In this document: piece after piece, positions 37,864-50,440 of the stretch
Layout: the number at the start of each line of letters is the position of its first letter
Numbering within the stretch: position 1 is the stretch's first letter
NCBI GenBank assembly: GCA_951406725.2
Contig: OX597832.1
Span: forward strand, 4,774,001-4,838,000
Direction of reading: 5' to 3'
Length of the DNA stretch: 64,000 nucleotides
DNA from: Octopus vulgaris
Taxonomy: Eukaryota
Translations under genes and position numbers: made by a program
Notes under the pieces: model-generated
The model's database searches: none
What the model was told of the DNA's origin: nothing
Seen by the model: the letters and a program-made list of their open reading frames with translations, nothing else

Positions 37864-38289
37864 GTTTAGTATATATATTACAATTTCAATCTCATCATCC
37901 TCAATTTAGCATTTACTTTTCCATATTTGAAGGGTCAAACAAGAATATGTCTGGTTAGTTTCCTACAGCCAGATGTCCTTCCTATTTCCAATCTCCACTT
38001 GCTTCCAAGCAAGATAATAATCACCCAATTTATCAAACAACAGCTAGGGCAGATTTATGGAGAGAATGTGGAGCAAACTAGCAACACTATATGAATGTGT
38101 TTTTTGCTTACAAATATCATGCACCATGTCAGGGAAGGCAGGTCAAAAGGCCTTTGATGTGCTTTGCAGTGGACTGTGAACAAATAACACTATGAGTGAA
38201 GCTGTGGTTTATAATAAGCAAGCAAACACACATGAAGAAGAAGGAGATATGAACTCACTCACACAAAACACATAGACACACATGCATAT

Positions 38290-38596
38290 CTTTTATCTTT
38301 TATTTGTTTCAGTCACTGAACTACAACCATGCTGGAGCATGACCTTAAAGGGGTTTTGTCAAACAAAAACAAAGAAACACACACATAGATATATACATAT
38401 GTATACATGCATACACACACATATATGTGTGTGTGTGTATGTATATATACACACATTAGTTTCCACCTGCCAAATTAACTCACAAGACTTTGGTTGTCCC
38501 AAGGCTATAGTAGAAGACACTTGCCCAAGATTCCACATAGAGTGACTAATCCCAGTATCATGTGGTTGGGAAGCAAACTTCTTACCTCACAGACAT
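38290..38596 (-). mobile_element. SINE family B with an internal deletion
   Basis: Tail and head motifs present. Confidence 0.8.
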
Positions 38597-38966
38597 ATAT
38601 TGAGATGGCTAGTATACCTTACATTGTCGTGCAGTTACTGTTTACATCTCATTCAGAGATTTATTATTGCTTGCAGACAGTTTTTCGAAATCAGTGACGA
38701 AAAGTTACTGGAAAAACGATATATAAGGATTTGCAAACAGACTCCCTTCATCGAAAACCAGCAAAGACAGCCAAATACCTAGAAACTGCAGTCCGTGCAT
38801 ATCACTTAGGTTGACGAGAGAGGGATGACCTCCCTTTGCAAATACCATAAGGGCACAGAAAGTGTGCCTAAAGCCAGCTGGAGACAATGACCTCCTGGGG
38901 CTACAAGCTACAGTAACACCCACCCTTAGTGGTTAGCCATATTGAGATGGCTAGTATACTTTACAT
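38597..38966. repeat. 314-bp GC-richer segment between 28-bp direct repeats
   Basis: ATATTGAGATGGCTAGTATACYTTACAT at 38597-38624 and 38939-38966. Confidence 0.85.
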
Positions 38967-39148
38967 AACCAGAAATGGTTCTGTTGGAAGTAGCATTAAT
39001 TTTCTTAGGTCTTTCAATTTTCTTTAATTAATCAATAAACCAATTGAGTAAACCTATCAGTAATGTACCTATAATGACAACTGGAAACAGCTGTAAGCTA
39101 AATTTGCTCCAATAAGGGAAAAATATGTAATGACCATTATTTTTAACT

Positions 39149-39199
<51 letters not shown>

Positions 39200-39282
39200 G
39201 GTCCCGGGTTGATTCGGGGTTAACCACAGTAAGTAAGGTACTCAATACATAGCAGAGTAAAATTAATTTATTATATAGAAGG

Positions 39283-39333
39283 AGCTTCTACAGGACTAGT
39301 ACTGTTTCATTCAAGAGAAATCTTCAGGAAGCT
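39283..39333 (-). ncRNA. Type I hammerhead ribozyme (inverted copy)
   Basis: Exact reverse complement of 41576-41626. Confidence 0.85.
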
Positions 39334-40072
39334 ATTTAACAAGAATTGTATTAGCATTTATACATTTAGGCAGGTTTAAAGGAGTGGTGGTGGGGGACTT
39401 TTTTGGGGGTAGGCATAGCGCAAAATATCATACTTGGGGGAGTGGTCAAGGAGTCAGTGGTAAGTTAGATGAAAGAATAGATAAATAAAAAAATAAAAAT
39501 ATAAAATAAAAAAATAAAATAAATTAAAAAAATAAAAAAATATAAAACAAAAAAATAAAATAAAAAAATAAAATAAAAAAATAAAAAATATATATAAATA
39601 ATATATATAAAAATATATATAAAAAAAAAATATATATATAAAAAAAGGGGGGATATAGTTATAGGTAAATAAGGAGATTCTCACTTATACCTATACACAT
39701 ATGTATACGTATCTACACACACATATATACACATATATATATACATATATATATATACATATATACACATATACATATATACACATATACATACATATCT
39801 ACATACACACATACATACACCCGCCCACATATACAAATTTATACACATGCACATGCATATACCTGTCTACACATACACACACGTATATATGCATACACTC
39901 ACTCCCATGCATGCACGCATACACACATGAATATATATACCCACAACCACACATACATATATACACAGAAAAATATATATTCATACGCACATACACTCAT
40001 GCACACACAACACACCTAGTTCCCTATATACACATATTTACACCTATATATACATACACCCACATACACACA

Positions 40073-40110
<38 letters not shown>

Positions 40111-40207
40111 CACGCATACATATATATACATGCGTGCACATACATACATATACACATATACATACACATACACATGTGTACCTATACATACCTACACATA
40201 CACACAC

Positions 40208-40254
<47 letters not shown>

Positions 40255-40643
40255 CCAATACAGGCCCATTCCCTAATTTTAATTTTATTATCTTCATTTA
40301 TTACTTTTGTTATCTTTGATCGCTAGAGCTAAGGATCCTGGCTATGGCAGCATGTCCATTTGTCTGTCTACTAGAAGGCAAGTACTCATTCCCGCACGCA
40401 CACTCATTAGCACGTACATTCACCCATTCATACACTCATACACATACACGTACGCACGCGTTATATTCATACATACAAACATCTACATACGTTCACGTAT
40501 ATACACATACGTACTCGTACCTACAGATTCGTGTCTACACTTTAGGAGGCTAGTATATACATATACACCAATAAATATACATATATATATATATACACAT
40601 ATACATACACACACACACATATACTCCTACATACAGATACATA

Positions 40644-40704
<61 letters not shown>

Positions 40705-40903
40705 ACATACACACATATATATACACACACATACATACACATATATATACATACACAAACATATATACACACATATATATATATATATACACACATACAC
40801 ACACATACATACATATACACACAAACACATACATACGTATACATACATACATACATCCATACATCCATACTTACATGCATTTATACGCATACACACACCC
40901 CCA

Positions 40904-40942
<39 letters not shown>

Positions 40943-40996
40943 TCACACATACATATACAAATATACGCACACACATACATACATACACGTATACAT

Positions 40997-41420
40997 ATAC
41001 ACGCACATACACATATACATGCGTACCCATACACGTGCACACACGCACGTGCATCCATATATATACACACACACACATATATACACGTGTGCAAGCATAC
41101 ATACATACTCATACACGCACACATACTTACATATACATATATGCACACACTTACACACATATATACATACACATATACATGCATACATACATATATGCAT
41201 ACATACACATACACGCACATACACATATACATGCGTACCCATACACGTGCACACACGCACGCGCATCCATATATATACACACACACACATATATACACGT
41301 GTGCAAGCATACATACATACTCATACACGCACACATACTTACATATACATATATGCACACACTTACACACATATATACATACACATATACATGCATACAT
41401 ACATATATGCATACATACAC
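40997..41420 (+). repeat. 212-bp tandem duplication inside the cryptic microsatellite
   Basis: ACGCACATACACATATACATGCGTACCC at 41001 and 41213; the units are near-identical. Confidence 0.9.
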
Positions 41421-41575
41421 ACACGCGCACTCTCTTTCATCTAACTTACCACTGACTCCTTGACCACTCCCCCAAGTATGATATTTTGCGCTATGCCTAC
41501 CCCCAAAAAAGTCCCCCACCACCACTCCTTTAAACCTGCCTAAATGTATAAATGCTAATACAATTCTTGTTAAAT

Positions 41576-41626
41576 AGCTTCCTGAAGATTTCTCTTGAAT
41601 GAAACAGTACTAGTCCTGTAGAAGCT
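41576..41626 (+). ncRNA. Type I hammerhead ribozyme, predicted cleavage after GUA (A41620)
   Basis: AGCUUC CUGAAGA u UUC-UCUU-GAA u GAA ACAG-UACUAGUC-CUGU A GAAGCU: 6-bp stem I, full core, short stem II, 4-bp stem III with ACUAGU palindrome in the loop. Confidence 0.85.
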
Positions 41627-41637
41627 CCTTCTATATA

Positions 41638-41677
<40 letters not shown>

Positions 41678-41679
<2 letters not shown>

Positions 41680-41825
41680 GATGTGCTTCTTTCAGTTTCC
41701 ATGTACCAAATCCATTCAGTGCTTTGGTTGGCTTTGGGCAACAATAGAAGATGCCTGCCCAAAGAGTCACAAGGTTTACTGAACTTGAAACCATATATTT
41801 GGAAAGTGAACTTCTCAACTGCTCA
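41678..41825 (-). mobile_element. 5' half of SINE family B (decayed)
   Basis: CTTCTTTCAGTTTCCATGTACCAAATCC motif. Confidence 0.7.
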
Positions 41826-42387
41826 ACTTGTACCAAATAATAATTTACTTATGTAGATGCACAATTTAGAGTTTAAATCAAATAATCATTATTAAAGTTC
41901 AGAATATCAAAATTATTTTCTCCACAACAGACAGAAGTAGGGAGTAATTTTATGGCTGTATTTAAAGTATATTTCAATATAAACTAATTAAACAATAACA
42001 TCTGCAACAAAAACCATAAATATAAATGAACAATTTGAAGCGTTAAATAAGAAATAAATTTGAATGTCTAACATTCAAATGTCTCATTACAGAAAACGGA
42101 AATGAGACCTGCATCTTTGAGCTAAGAAAAGACTAATTTGACCTTTCAATGAGGTTATAACTCACGACATAACTTTTATCTTTTCAAAATATCAGAAAAT
42201 AAATCACAATTAATATAATGATTTCTTACAGCTATGAAGCTTGCAGAATACAATAAACTGAAACAGACATACTTATCCAGGAACTTACAACACTATGAGA
42301 TATTCTACAACAGAAATATCACTACCATTTTTGGGTTTTGGTTTTCAAGGAATATTTTTAAAGAATAGATATGTTAATTATATGGAA

Positions 42388-42785
42388 ACAGGCACTTTGC
42401 TACCACGTGATTTCAGGTTCAGTCCAGTATCTTCTATCATAGCCAGGAGCCAACCAATGCCTTGTGAATGAATTTGGTAAACAGAAACTGGGTGAAAGCC
42501 AGTCATATAAATGTGTATGTATGTATGTACGTGTGTGTGTGTTGAAGTATGTATGTATATATGTTTGTGTGTGTCTTTGTGTTTGTCCCACCATGGCTAG
42601 ACAACTGGTGTTGGTCTGTTTATGTTCCCATAACTTAGCAGTTTGACAAAAGAGACCAATATTTTATTCTAAGTACCAGACTTATAAAATATGCACTGAG
42701 GTCAATTTGTTTGATTAAAACCTTTCAAGGAGGTACTCCAGCATGACCACAGTTCAAAGATTGGAACAAGTTGAAGAAAAAGAAT
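42388..42785 (+). mobile_element. SINE family B
   Basis: GGTTCAGTCC, GAATTTGGTAAACAGAAACTG, CCAGCATGACCACAG tail. Confidence 0.8.
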
Positions 42786-42809
42786 TGAATTGAATGAGAT
42801 ATTATTAAT

Positions 42810-43503
42810 GCAGCTGAATTTCACTTCATTACTGGGATGGTGGACTAACAGAATTGTAGTATTTGTTCTGAGTTCAAATTCCAGTGATGTCAACTTTGCC
42901 TTACATTTTTTCTTTTGAGTGTGGTGGGGGTCAATAAAATAAAGTACTATTCACGTAATTGACCACCCTTTTCTTCTATAAACCAGTGGCCTTGTGCCTC
43001 AGTTATAAAACATTAATGAGGTAATTTTAACTGATTAAAAGTTGGGGTCAGAGGGGGTTCATTACATTACTCATGTTTGCCTCCTTTCCCTTAACTATAT
43101 ACATTTCCTGCAGAAGGCATACTGAGTAAATTTTTCCATATCATGATTTTAAAATACCTAATAAGCCAATTTTTTTAAACTCACATATTCTAAGACATGG
43201 TAAGTCCTGGTAAGATTATGATAATAATTAATTAGGAGGTCTTAGAGTGAAATATGTCCAAATTTATCACTATACAAAGATCAGATGCACACTACACTTA
43301 TGCCACCATATTTTTTAAGCGATTTATAAGGTGGCGAACTGGCTGAAATATAAGCATGTCAAACAGAATGCTTTGTGGCATTTTGTCTGGCTTTACACTC
43401 TGAGTTCAAATACTGCTGAGATCAACTTTACCTTTCAGCATCGATAAAATAAGTACCAGTTGAACATTGGAATCAATGTAATTGACTTATCTCCTGCTCC
43501 AAA
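42810..43503 (+). mobile_element. Two SINE family A copies (~42810-43010 and ~43326-43503)
   Basis: TTCTGAGTTCAAA..CAACTTT..GATAAAATAAGTAC motifs. Confidence 0.8.
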
Positions 43504-44784
43504 ATATTAAATCAATTTTTATTAATTTGGATTCCAGAGTTGTCTCTCTTGCTTTTCTTATCAAGAATTATCATTAATGGATTTTTTTTTTTTGTAAACC
43601 TTTTCATTACAGATATAATCTTAATTGGTCAAACATATTTTAAGCTCAGTACATTAAGAATGTTAACACCTACTTAAGTCATTAACACAGAGATCGTTTA
43701 AAATGTTATCCCTTAGAACACTGAAATTTACATTAGTGAGTGAATGTATACAAATTTAAAAAAAAAAACATCTAAATAATAGCCTTTCTTTAAAATTAAA
43801 TTTCTTAACAATTGTAACTTAAAGTAATAATGACGGGGAAAATTAGGAGGATTAACAATTTTCAGTTTATAATTAATTATTGATAAAACTTACTAAAGTA
43901 ACTATGCACCACTCCCAAAATGCATGGCTTTGTACCTATATGAAAAATCATTATTAATTATTGATTTAATTAATTTAATTAGCTTCTAATTAATTTGCTA
44001 CATAGTTCATTAAATATAATGACACTTATCAAAAATTATACTTGAATATTAAATTTTACATGTCATGATATATTCAGATTAAATAAATTAATGCCACAAT
44101 ATTATTTTATATAAATAAATAATTGGATTCATTCGTGTGTGTTTTTAATGAAAAGTTTATATGACTTATATTTCCTGTCCACAAACTAACATTACTTGTA
44201 ATCTTATATTCTGCTGATGATATTCCTCCAGAATATTATTTTAAACAAACTAGTTCATTATAAATATTAAACTCCAACCTTTTAATCAGATTTCCAACTC
44301 CATCAATCTGCCTTGTAGGCATAACTCTTGTGATTTAAGAAAGTAGAAATCCCAAAGATAAATTCATTCTCTCTCATATGCATGCATGTGTGAATGTATG
44401 TATGTACATACGTATGTATATATAAACATTATCAATCTGAGGCAAATTGTCTCACCTGGTCTATGATTTCCAGGTGTTTTAACAACCAGCGTTAATAAGG
44501 AGGTTTCCCTAAGTGCTGTCCCACAGCAAATATGGTGAATAAACAAAACACATACATTATGTATGCATGGTCAATGTTTACCTTATTATTGCTGCTTTAA
44601 ATTCATAATTTAATGTATATATATATATATTTCTACCCTTATGGGGCTTTATTTTACCGGAAAGTAATACATTTGTATTGCAATATTATTTTTCATTGAA
44701 AGTTTTTTCACTGTTCTCGATCAGCTAATGGCTAGGCATTCAGGCAAGTATACTGACATTGATGTGGCAACATTTGAAATATTA

Positions 44785-44855
44785 ATGCAGCTGATGAAGA
44801 CCGATCAAATTTACATTGTCAAACGTATTTGAAGAGTCAGAAACCGGTCCTGCAT
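44785..44855 (+). ncRNA. Minimal/dimer-type type I hammerhead ribozyme, predicted cleavage after GUC (C44849)
   Basis: AUGCAG CUGAUGA a GAC..UCAAAU..AUUUGA..GUC a GAA ACCGGU C CUGCAU: 6-bp stem I, extended stem II, palindromic ACCGGU stem III. Confidence 0.85.
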
Positions 44856-45426
44856 GATCCGAATCTGGGTTGTCCATTTATCAAATGGTCTTCCTAGAGG
44901 TAAGACAAATTTTTCATGTTTATTGCACACACACATACTCATCTTTGCTAGTATATACAGAGTGAAGCTTTACAATAGCGTCGTATTTGTATCGATTGCT
45001 ATTTTTTAGTAAATATTGGTGTCTTGTTGTACCACTCATCTGTTTATATGTGTGTGTGTGTGTGTTGTTGTGTTTCAGGAGTCTTTTTTTTTTTTGCATA
45101 ATAAACACATGCACTAGATATTCGTTCTTCACTCATTTATTACTGTTCTTATTTTAACTCACAAGGACAGAAAGTGTCACTGAAGAGGACACAGATGTGT
45201 GACATAAGATTTCCTGACAATGGACATGAGTTAAGATAAGAAGAGTAATAAACAAGTGAAGAACAAATATACAGTGCGAGTTTATTCACCAAAAATGAAA
45301 AAAAAAAAATGGCCATCCCAAAATAAAACAATGTCCATTTCAACACATGGTTTCACATCAGGAATGTCGCAACACAAATTCATAAACATATATATATATA
45401 TATATTAAATTATGAATATATACACA

Positions 45427-45481
<55 letters not shown>

Positions 45482-45535
45482 TTATGAATTATATATATAT
45501 ATACATATACATATTAAATTATGAATATATATACA

Positions 45536-45582
<47 letters not shown>

Positions 45583-45594
45583 CCTGGGTATGCG

Positions 45595-45800
45595 GTTAAG
45601 AAATTTTCTTCATTTCCAATCTACCATGAAAACATGTCTGGTCATGGGGAAATATTTTTGCTTAGAAATAGGTGAGAGTTAGCAACAGGAAAGGTATCTG
45701 GTCATAGAGAATCTGCCTCAGTATATTCCATCTAGAACCGTCCAACCCATGCTAGCATGGAAAACGGACGCTAAACGAAGATGATGATGATGATGATGAT
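45595..45800 (+). mobile_element. RTE-tail-derived repeat ending in (GAT)n
   Basis: CCAACCCATGCTAGCATGGAAAACGGACGCTAAACG(GAT)n. Confidence 0.75.
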
Positions 45801-45832
45801 ATATATATATATGTGTGTATATTTATATTTAT

Positions 45833-46272
45833 ATAAATGTAAACATATACACTAACAGAGCCCTTAATCACCTAAAAAATGCTGATTGACAATTCTTAAT
45901 ACTGACGTCAGTTTCAGTAATTTCTGTTACCTCACCAGTTAAGACTAGCTCGAAATTTGGTTCTTTTTGAACTTGCTTCTCTATTAGTATATATGTTTCC
46001 ATCATCCAAATTAATGGATAATTTATCAATTCGTTAATGAATATACATAAAATTAATATAAACAGCACTTTGCTATGTTTCACCAAAACGGAGAATTATA
46101 TTTGTTACTAACTGTGACTAGGGTGTTAAGAACACCAACATAGCAAAAAATAAGAGCTAAAATGCTCTAATGCTGAGGTCAACACACATAAATGTAAACA
46201 TATAGACTAACAGGGACCTTAATCATCCAAAAAATGCCAATTGAGAATTCTTAATACTGACGTCAGTTTCAG
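45833..46272 (-). mobile_element. Partial tandem (~1.24-mer) of a 355-bp HHR-containing unit
   Basis: 45833-45917 repeats at 46188-46272 (offset 355); both copies contain the HHR cleavage-site half. Confidence 0.8.
45895..45943 (-). ncRNA. Type I hammerhead ribozyme with an A6G core change
   Basis: CUUAA CUGgUGA GGUAA-CAGAAA-UUACU GAA ACUG-ACGU-CAGU A UUAAG; all three stems pair; 12-nt palindrome in stem III. Confidence 0.8.
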
Positions 46273-46698
<426 letters not shown>

Positions 46699-47289
46699 GC
46701 ATGTTTTCACTTGATTACAATAATTACATTTGTAATTTCCAGCCACCTTTTCCTAAATCAATCAAGTCACAATCTGATAGTACACATTTCTCCTGCCAGC
46801 TGCACTTTACACAATACCAAATACCTAGAATTCATATCACAAGGTTGTTATCTGGGAATATTTCTGTTTACATCAAGAATCAGAATCTCTCTAAAAACCA
46901 TAACTTGTAAACTGTATATATATGCAGAAGTGTGTATGTATGTATGAATTAGTGCTTATGCTTATAACAAGTTACATATAATAAAAACAATTTTACATTA
47001 AACTGAAGGGTTACTCAATACTTCTTGTAGAGTACATAGTTATTATTCTTTTATAAGAATAGAGTTGACAGTGACTTTCAAGTGTCAGCATGGAGGCTAA
47101 GCAGGTTGAAACTTCAAAATTCTAGTAAAGGAATAACATAAAGAGTCTTCAGGCTAAATCTGAGGATTTTTCGTCTCCTTTTTTCAAGAATAGCTTGATG
47201 TATTTGAAGGACTGGAAGCCATCTGAATATTGGAAAAGAGTTACCTGTATCATGACTCTCACCGGGTATCAAAATGCTTAGGCACTCTA

Positions 47290-47961
47290 AAGGCTGTAAG
47301 ATGTAACATGGACAGCTGCAAGGGAGACTACAAAAGCCATAACCAGCAAGAAGTGACACAACAGGCATTCAGACAATGTTCACATGCTGCAATTCATCCC
47401 CAAATCAGTAAACCTAGCTCTGAGCCCTAGGCTCGATTCAGGCAGCTATGTGAAGCTGCTAGAGATGGTGGTCAATCTCTGGCTGGGAGGGTTGCTGCTG
47501 GAAGGCCATATGTGAGGCTTCAAGATTCAGCTCTTTGCCATACTTCTGAAAAGAGTTAGAGGTGGTTGTTGGAGAATTTCTATGACTTCATCAGCCCCAA
47601 GTTCTGGCTTCCTAATTCCCCGGATTGTAATCCCATGGATTACTATGTGTGGGATATAGTTGAGAAAGATACCAACTACTCTGCCTGCAACACAAAGACC
47701 AAGCTGGTGGCCAAGATGAATGAGGTATCTGAGGATCTTCCCAGAGACACAATGAGGCACATGAGCCACATTCCAGAGCTTTCTTGCAGCCATGGTAGAA
47801 GTTGAAGGCAGCTACTTTGAGTAAACTGTTATCTCCCAGCCATAATCTAGTTGATAGTTTTGGGGTTCTTTTAAATAAATTAATTTTTGGATGAGATATT
47901 GTTTTCTTTTCGTTTTATCTTTGTATGCAAACTATCAAATTTAACCCAAACGCTTGGTATA
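47290..47961 (+). mobile_element. DD37D (maT-type) Tc1/mariner transposase pseudogene, 3' half with right TIR
   Basis: GRPYVRLQDSALCHTSEKS*RWLLENFYDFISPKFWLPNSPDCNPMDYYVW with 37 residues between the two Asp; ends EGSYFE*; TIR-like segment at ~47930-47960. Confidence 0.9.
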
Positions 47962-48626
47962 TATGTATATACACATGAAATAGCTGGTAAGTAGAAGCTT
48001 TTTACAGTATAAATTTCTCTGCATAAAAAGAATATTTCATTTAAGGGTTAACTGAGCCTAAATGACTGGCCTTGTAAATATTTCAGTTAATAAAACATCA
48101 AATTTTAAAAAATTTTGTCTTATCAAACTTTAAAGCTTCTTCTGTGTTATTCAGTTTCTTTAACTGAAGAATTTTTCCATTTAGTAGTATCGTGTGTGTG
48201 TGTGTGTCTGTGTCTGTGTGTGTTTGTGTGTGTGTTTTTATCTACATTATTTTTATATCACTATAACTTGCTGTCATTTTTAGCTGCCATATCTATTCAA
48301 ATTTGACAAGTATCTGACAAACAAGATTATGACATAGTGAAAAAGAGCAGTGAAACTTTTAAACATAGAGACAGAGTTGAATCTAGCAGAATGGTGGGAC
48401 AAAATGACAGTTAGATACTATATTGACGATATATTGATCAAAGAATAAAGACAAAAATATTGAGTAATAGTTTGGAGAAGTCACTTATTGGAAAATAATC
48501 TTGTTAAAAAAGGCATCAACTACAATAAGGTTTCAAAAGCAAAAACTTAATTTCAAATCCAGTAATTAAAACTTGATATGTTGACACATTTGACAAAAAC
48601 TAATGCTTGTAAAAGAGATGTACTGT

Positions 48627-48853
48627 TTAACCCTTTAGTAATCAGATTATTTTCTCAGATGTAATGCTTATTTATTCATATTGTTTTGAATTAAACATGC
48701 ATTATCTTGTAGCTTCAAGATTTTCATAATTGATTGTTTATTTTTAGAATTACATTGTAGGATAGGTATGAGAGGCCAGATATGGCCACTTTGAACATAA
48801 AACAGGTAGAATATTTGAGCTGGATATGGCTGGTTTAAATACCATCAGATTAA
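48627..48853 (+). mobile_element. MITE-like element, TTAACCC..TTAA
   Basis: Homologous to the element split by CR1 at 16197-17438. Confidence 0.75.
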
Positions 48854-49327
48854 GGATATTTATTTCTGTTTTCAATAAAAGTCAGTTTAGTATATTAAAA
48901 TCTGTTGAAAATATACTATTAAGTTGATTTTCTTGTAGTCATTCCAGGAACTATTTTCAAATAAATATTATAATATGAATGTCTTACATTTGAAGAACAG
49001 AACTGATGTGTAACATGCAAGGACTACTCTATACATGATTATTCCTTTATATTTTCAAACATTATTTTAATTTCAGTAATTCCAAAAACAATCAGTAATG
49101 ACAATTGCTTAATGCACGAGATGTATGTAGCTTTAGGTTTCATTTTCAGGTCGTGAAGGAAAGAATTAGAAGAAAAGTGAATCAAATGAAAATAAGAAGT
49201 GAGAGTAAATAAAGAGTATTCTTTATTGTTAAGAAAAATTGTGCAACAAGTGCCAGGCAGACTAAGTGTCTTTCAGTACTTAGATACAGACATGCATAAA
49301 CATTATACATGTGTGTGTGTGTGTGTG

Positions 49328-49376
<49 letters not shown>

Positions 49377-49752
49377 TATTTTTAGAATTACATTGTAGGA
49401 TAGGTATGAGAGGCCAGATATGGCCACTTTGAACATAAAACAGGTAGAATATTTGAGCTGGATATGGCTGGTTTAAATACCATCAGATTAAGGATATTTA
49501 TTTCTGTTTTCAATAAAAGTCAGTTTAGTATATTAAAATCTGTTGAAAATATATTATTAAGTTGATTTTCTTGTAGTCATTCCAGGAACTATTTTCAAAT
49601 AAATATTATAATATGAATGTCTTACATTTGAAGAACAGAACTGATATATATATATACATACATACACACACACACACACATGTATAATGTTTATGCATGT
49701 CAGTATCTAAGTACTGAAAGACACTTAGTCTGCCTGGCACTTGTTGCACAAT

Positions 49753-49756
<4 letters not shown>
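48733..49756. repeat. Complex local duplication A..B-A'-revB
   Basis: A 48733-49007 = A' 49371-49645 (275 bp, 1 mismatch seen); B 49234-~49340 is the reverse complement of ~49646-49756. Confidence 0.95.
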
Positions 49757-49827
<71 letters not shown>

Positions 49828-49831
<4 letters not shown>

Positions 49832-49975
49832 CATGATTGAATGGTGAGGAAGCTTCCTTCTTAATTGTGTGGTCTCAGGTTCCATCCCACTGTGTGACAC
49901 CCTGAGCAAGTGTCTTTTACTATGCCAGGACAACCAAACCCTTCTGAGAGGAACTGAAAGAAGCCCATCTTGTGT
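49828..49975 (+). mobile_element. 5' half of SINE family B
   Basis: GGTTCCATCCCACTGTGTGACACCCTGAGCAAGTGTC. Confidence 0.75.
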
Positions 49976-50239
49976 GTGTGTGAATAAATAAAATAAATAT
50001 CAGTTTGTACTAGGACCTACTCAATCAAATATACAACTCTCCAACAAATTTGTAGCCCAGTAAATCAATATTTGAATTACTATTCCACCTAACTCTAGAA
50101 ACTGACACTGTACATTGCAGTATAAATGTCAGCTATAAACAATAAAGGTCACTAATATAACATGCTAAAAGTTGGTACTGGTAACTTGTGACTGCAATCA
50201 TAATGTTCGTATTAGAATTGCTCCTAATATCAACATTAT

Positions 50240-50440
50240 GATTGCACGGCTTGAAATTTTAGGAGCTGGGGTAAGTCAATGTTCACGGCCCCAGTACATG
50301 GCTAGTTCTTCATTTTATCAACTCTTAACGGACGAAAGACAAAGTTGACATCAGCAAGATTTCAACTTAGAAAATATAGAGCCAGAAGAAATGTCACAAG
50401 ACATTTCCTCAGAAGCTCTCTTTCTGCCAATCTATCAGCC
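50240..50440 (-). mobile_element. Old SINE family A copy
   Basis: GGGGTAAGTCAAT..GACGAAAGACAAAGTTGAC. Confidence 0.65.

Larger units (their letters stand above)
39197..41643. mobile_element. Non-autonomous Penelope-like/retrozyme-like element with 211-bp perfect inverted repeats, lying between (TA)n tracts
   Basis: 39266-39476 is the reverse complement of 41433-41643; each arm holds an HHR; (TA)n on both flanks; microsatellite-rich interior. Confidence 0.8.

Noticed and set aside
38860-38945. HDV-like ribozyme suggested by ACCTCCTGGGG
   Set aside because: P1, P3 and J4/2 could not be assembled without several mismatches
39701-41463. Long His/Thr/Tyr/Ile ORFs (up to 382 aa), and similar ORFs at 6404-6760, 19686-20024, 50762-51618 and 55287-57360
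   Set aside because: Translations of (TA/CA)n microsatellites, open in several frames and on both strands
44205-44234. TATTCTG-CTGATGA..CAGAATA hammerhead-like stem
   Set aside because: No GAAA, stem III or cleavage triplet between the stem strands
45868-46086. 72-aa ORF inside the 355-bp HHR unit
   Set aside because: Non-ATG start, overlaps the ribozyme, no recognisable domain; cannot be supported without family conservation data
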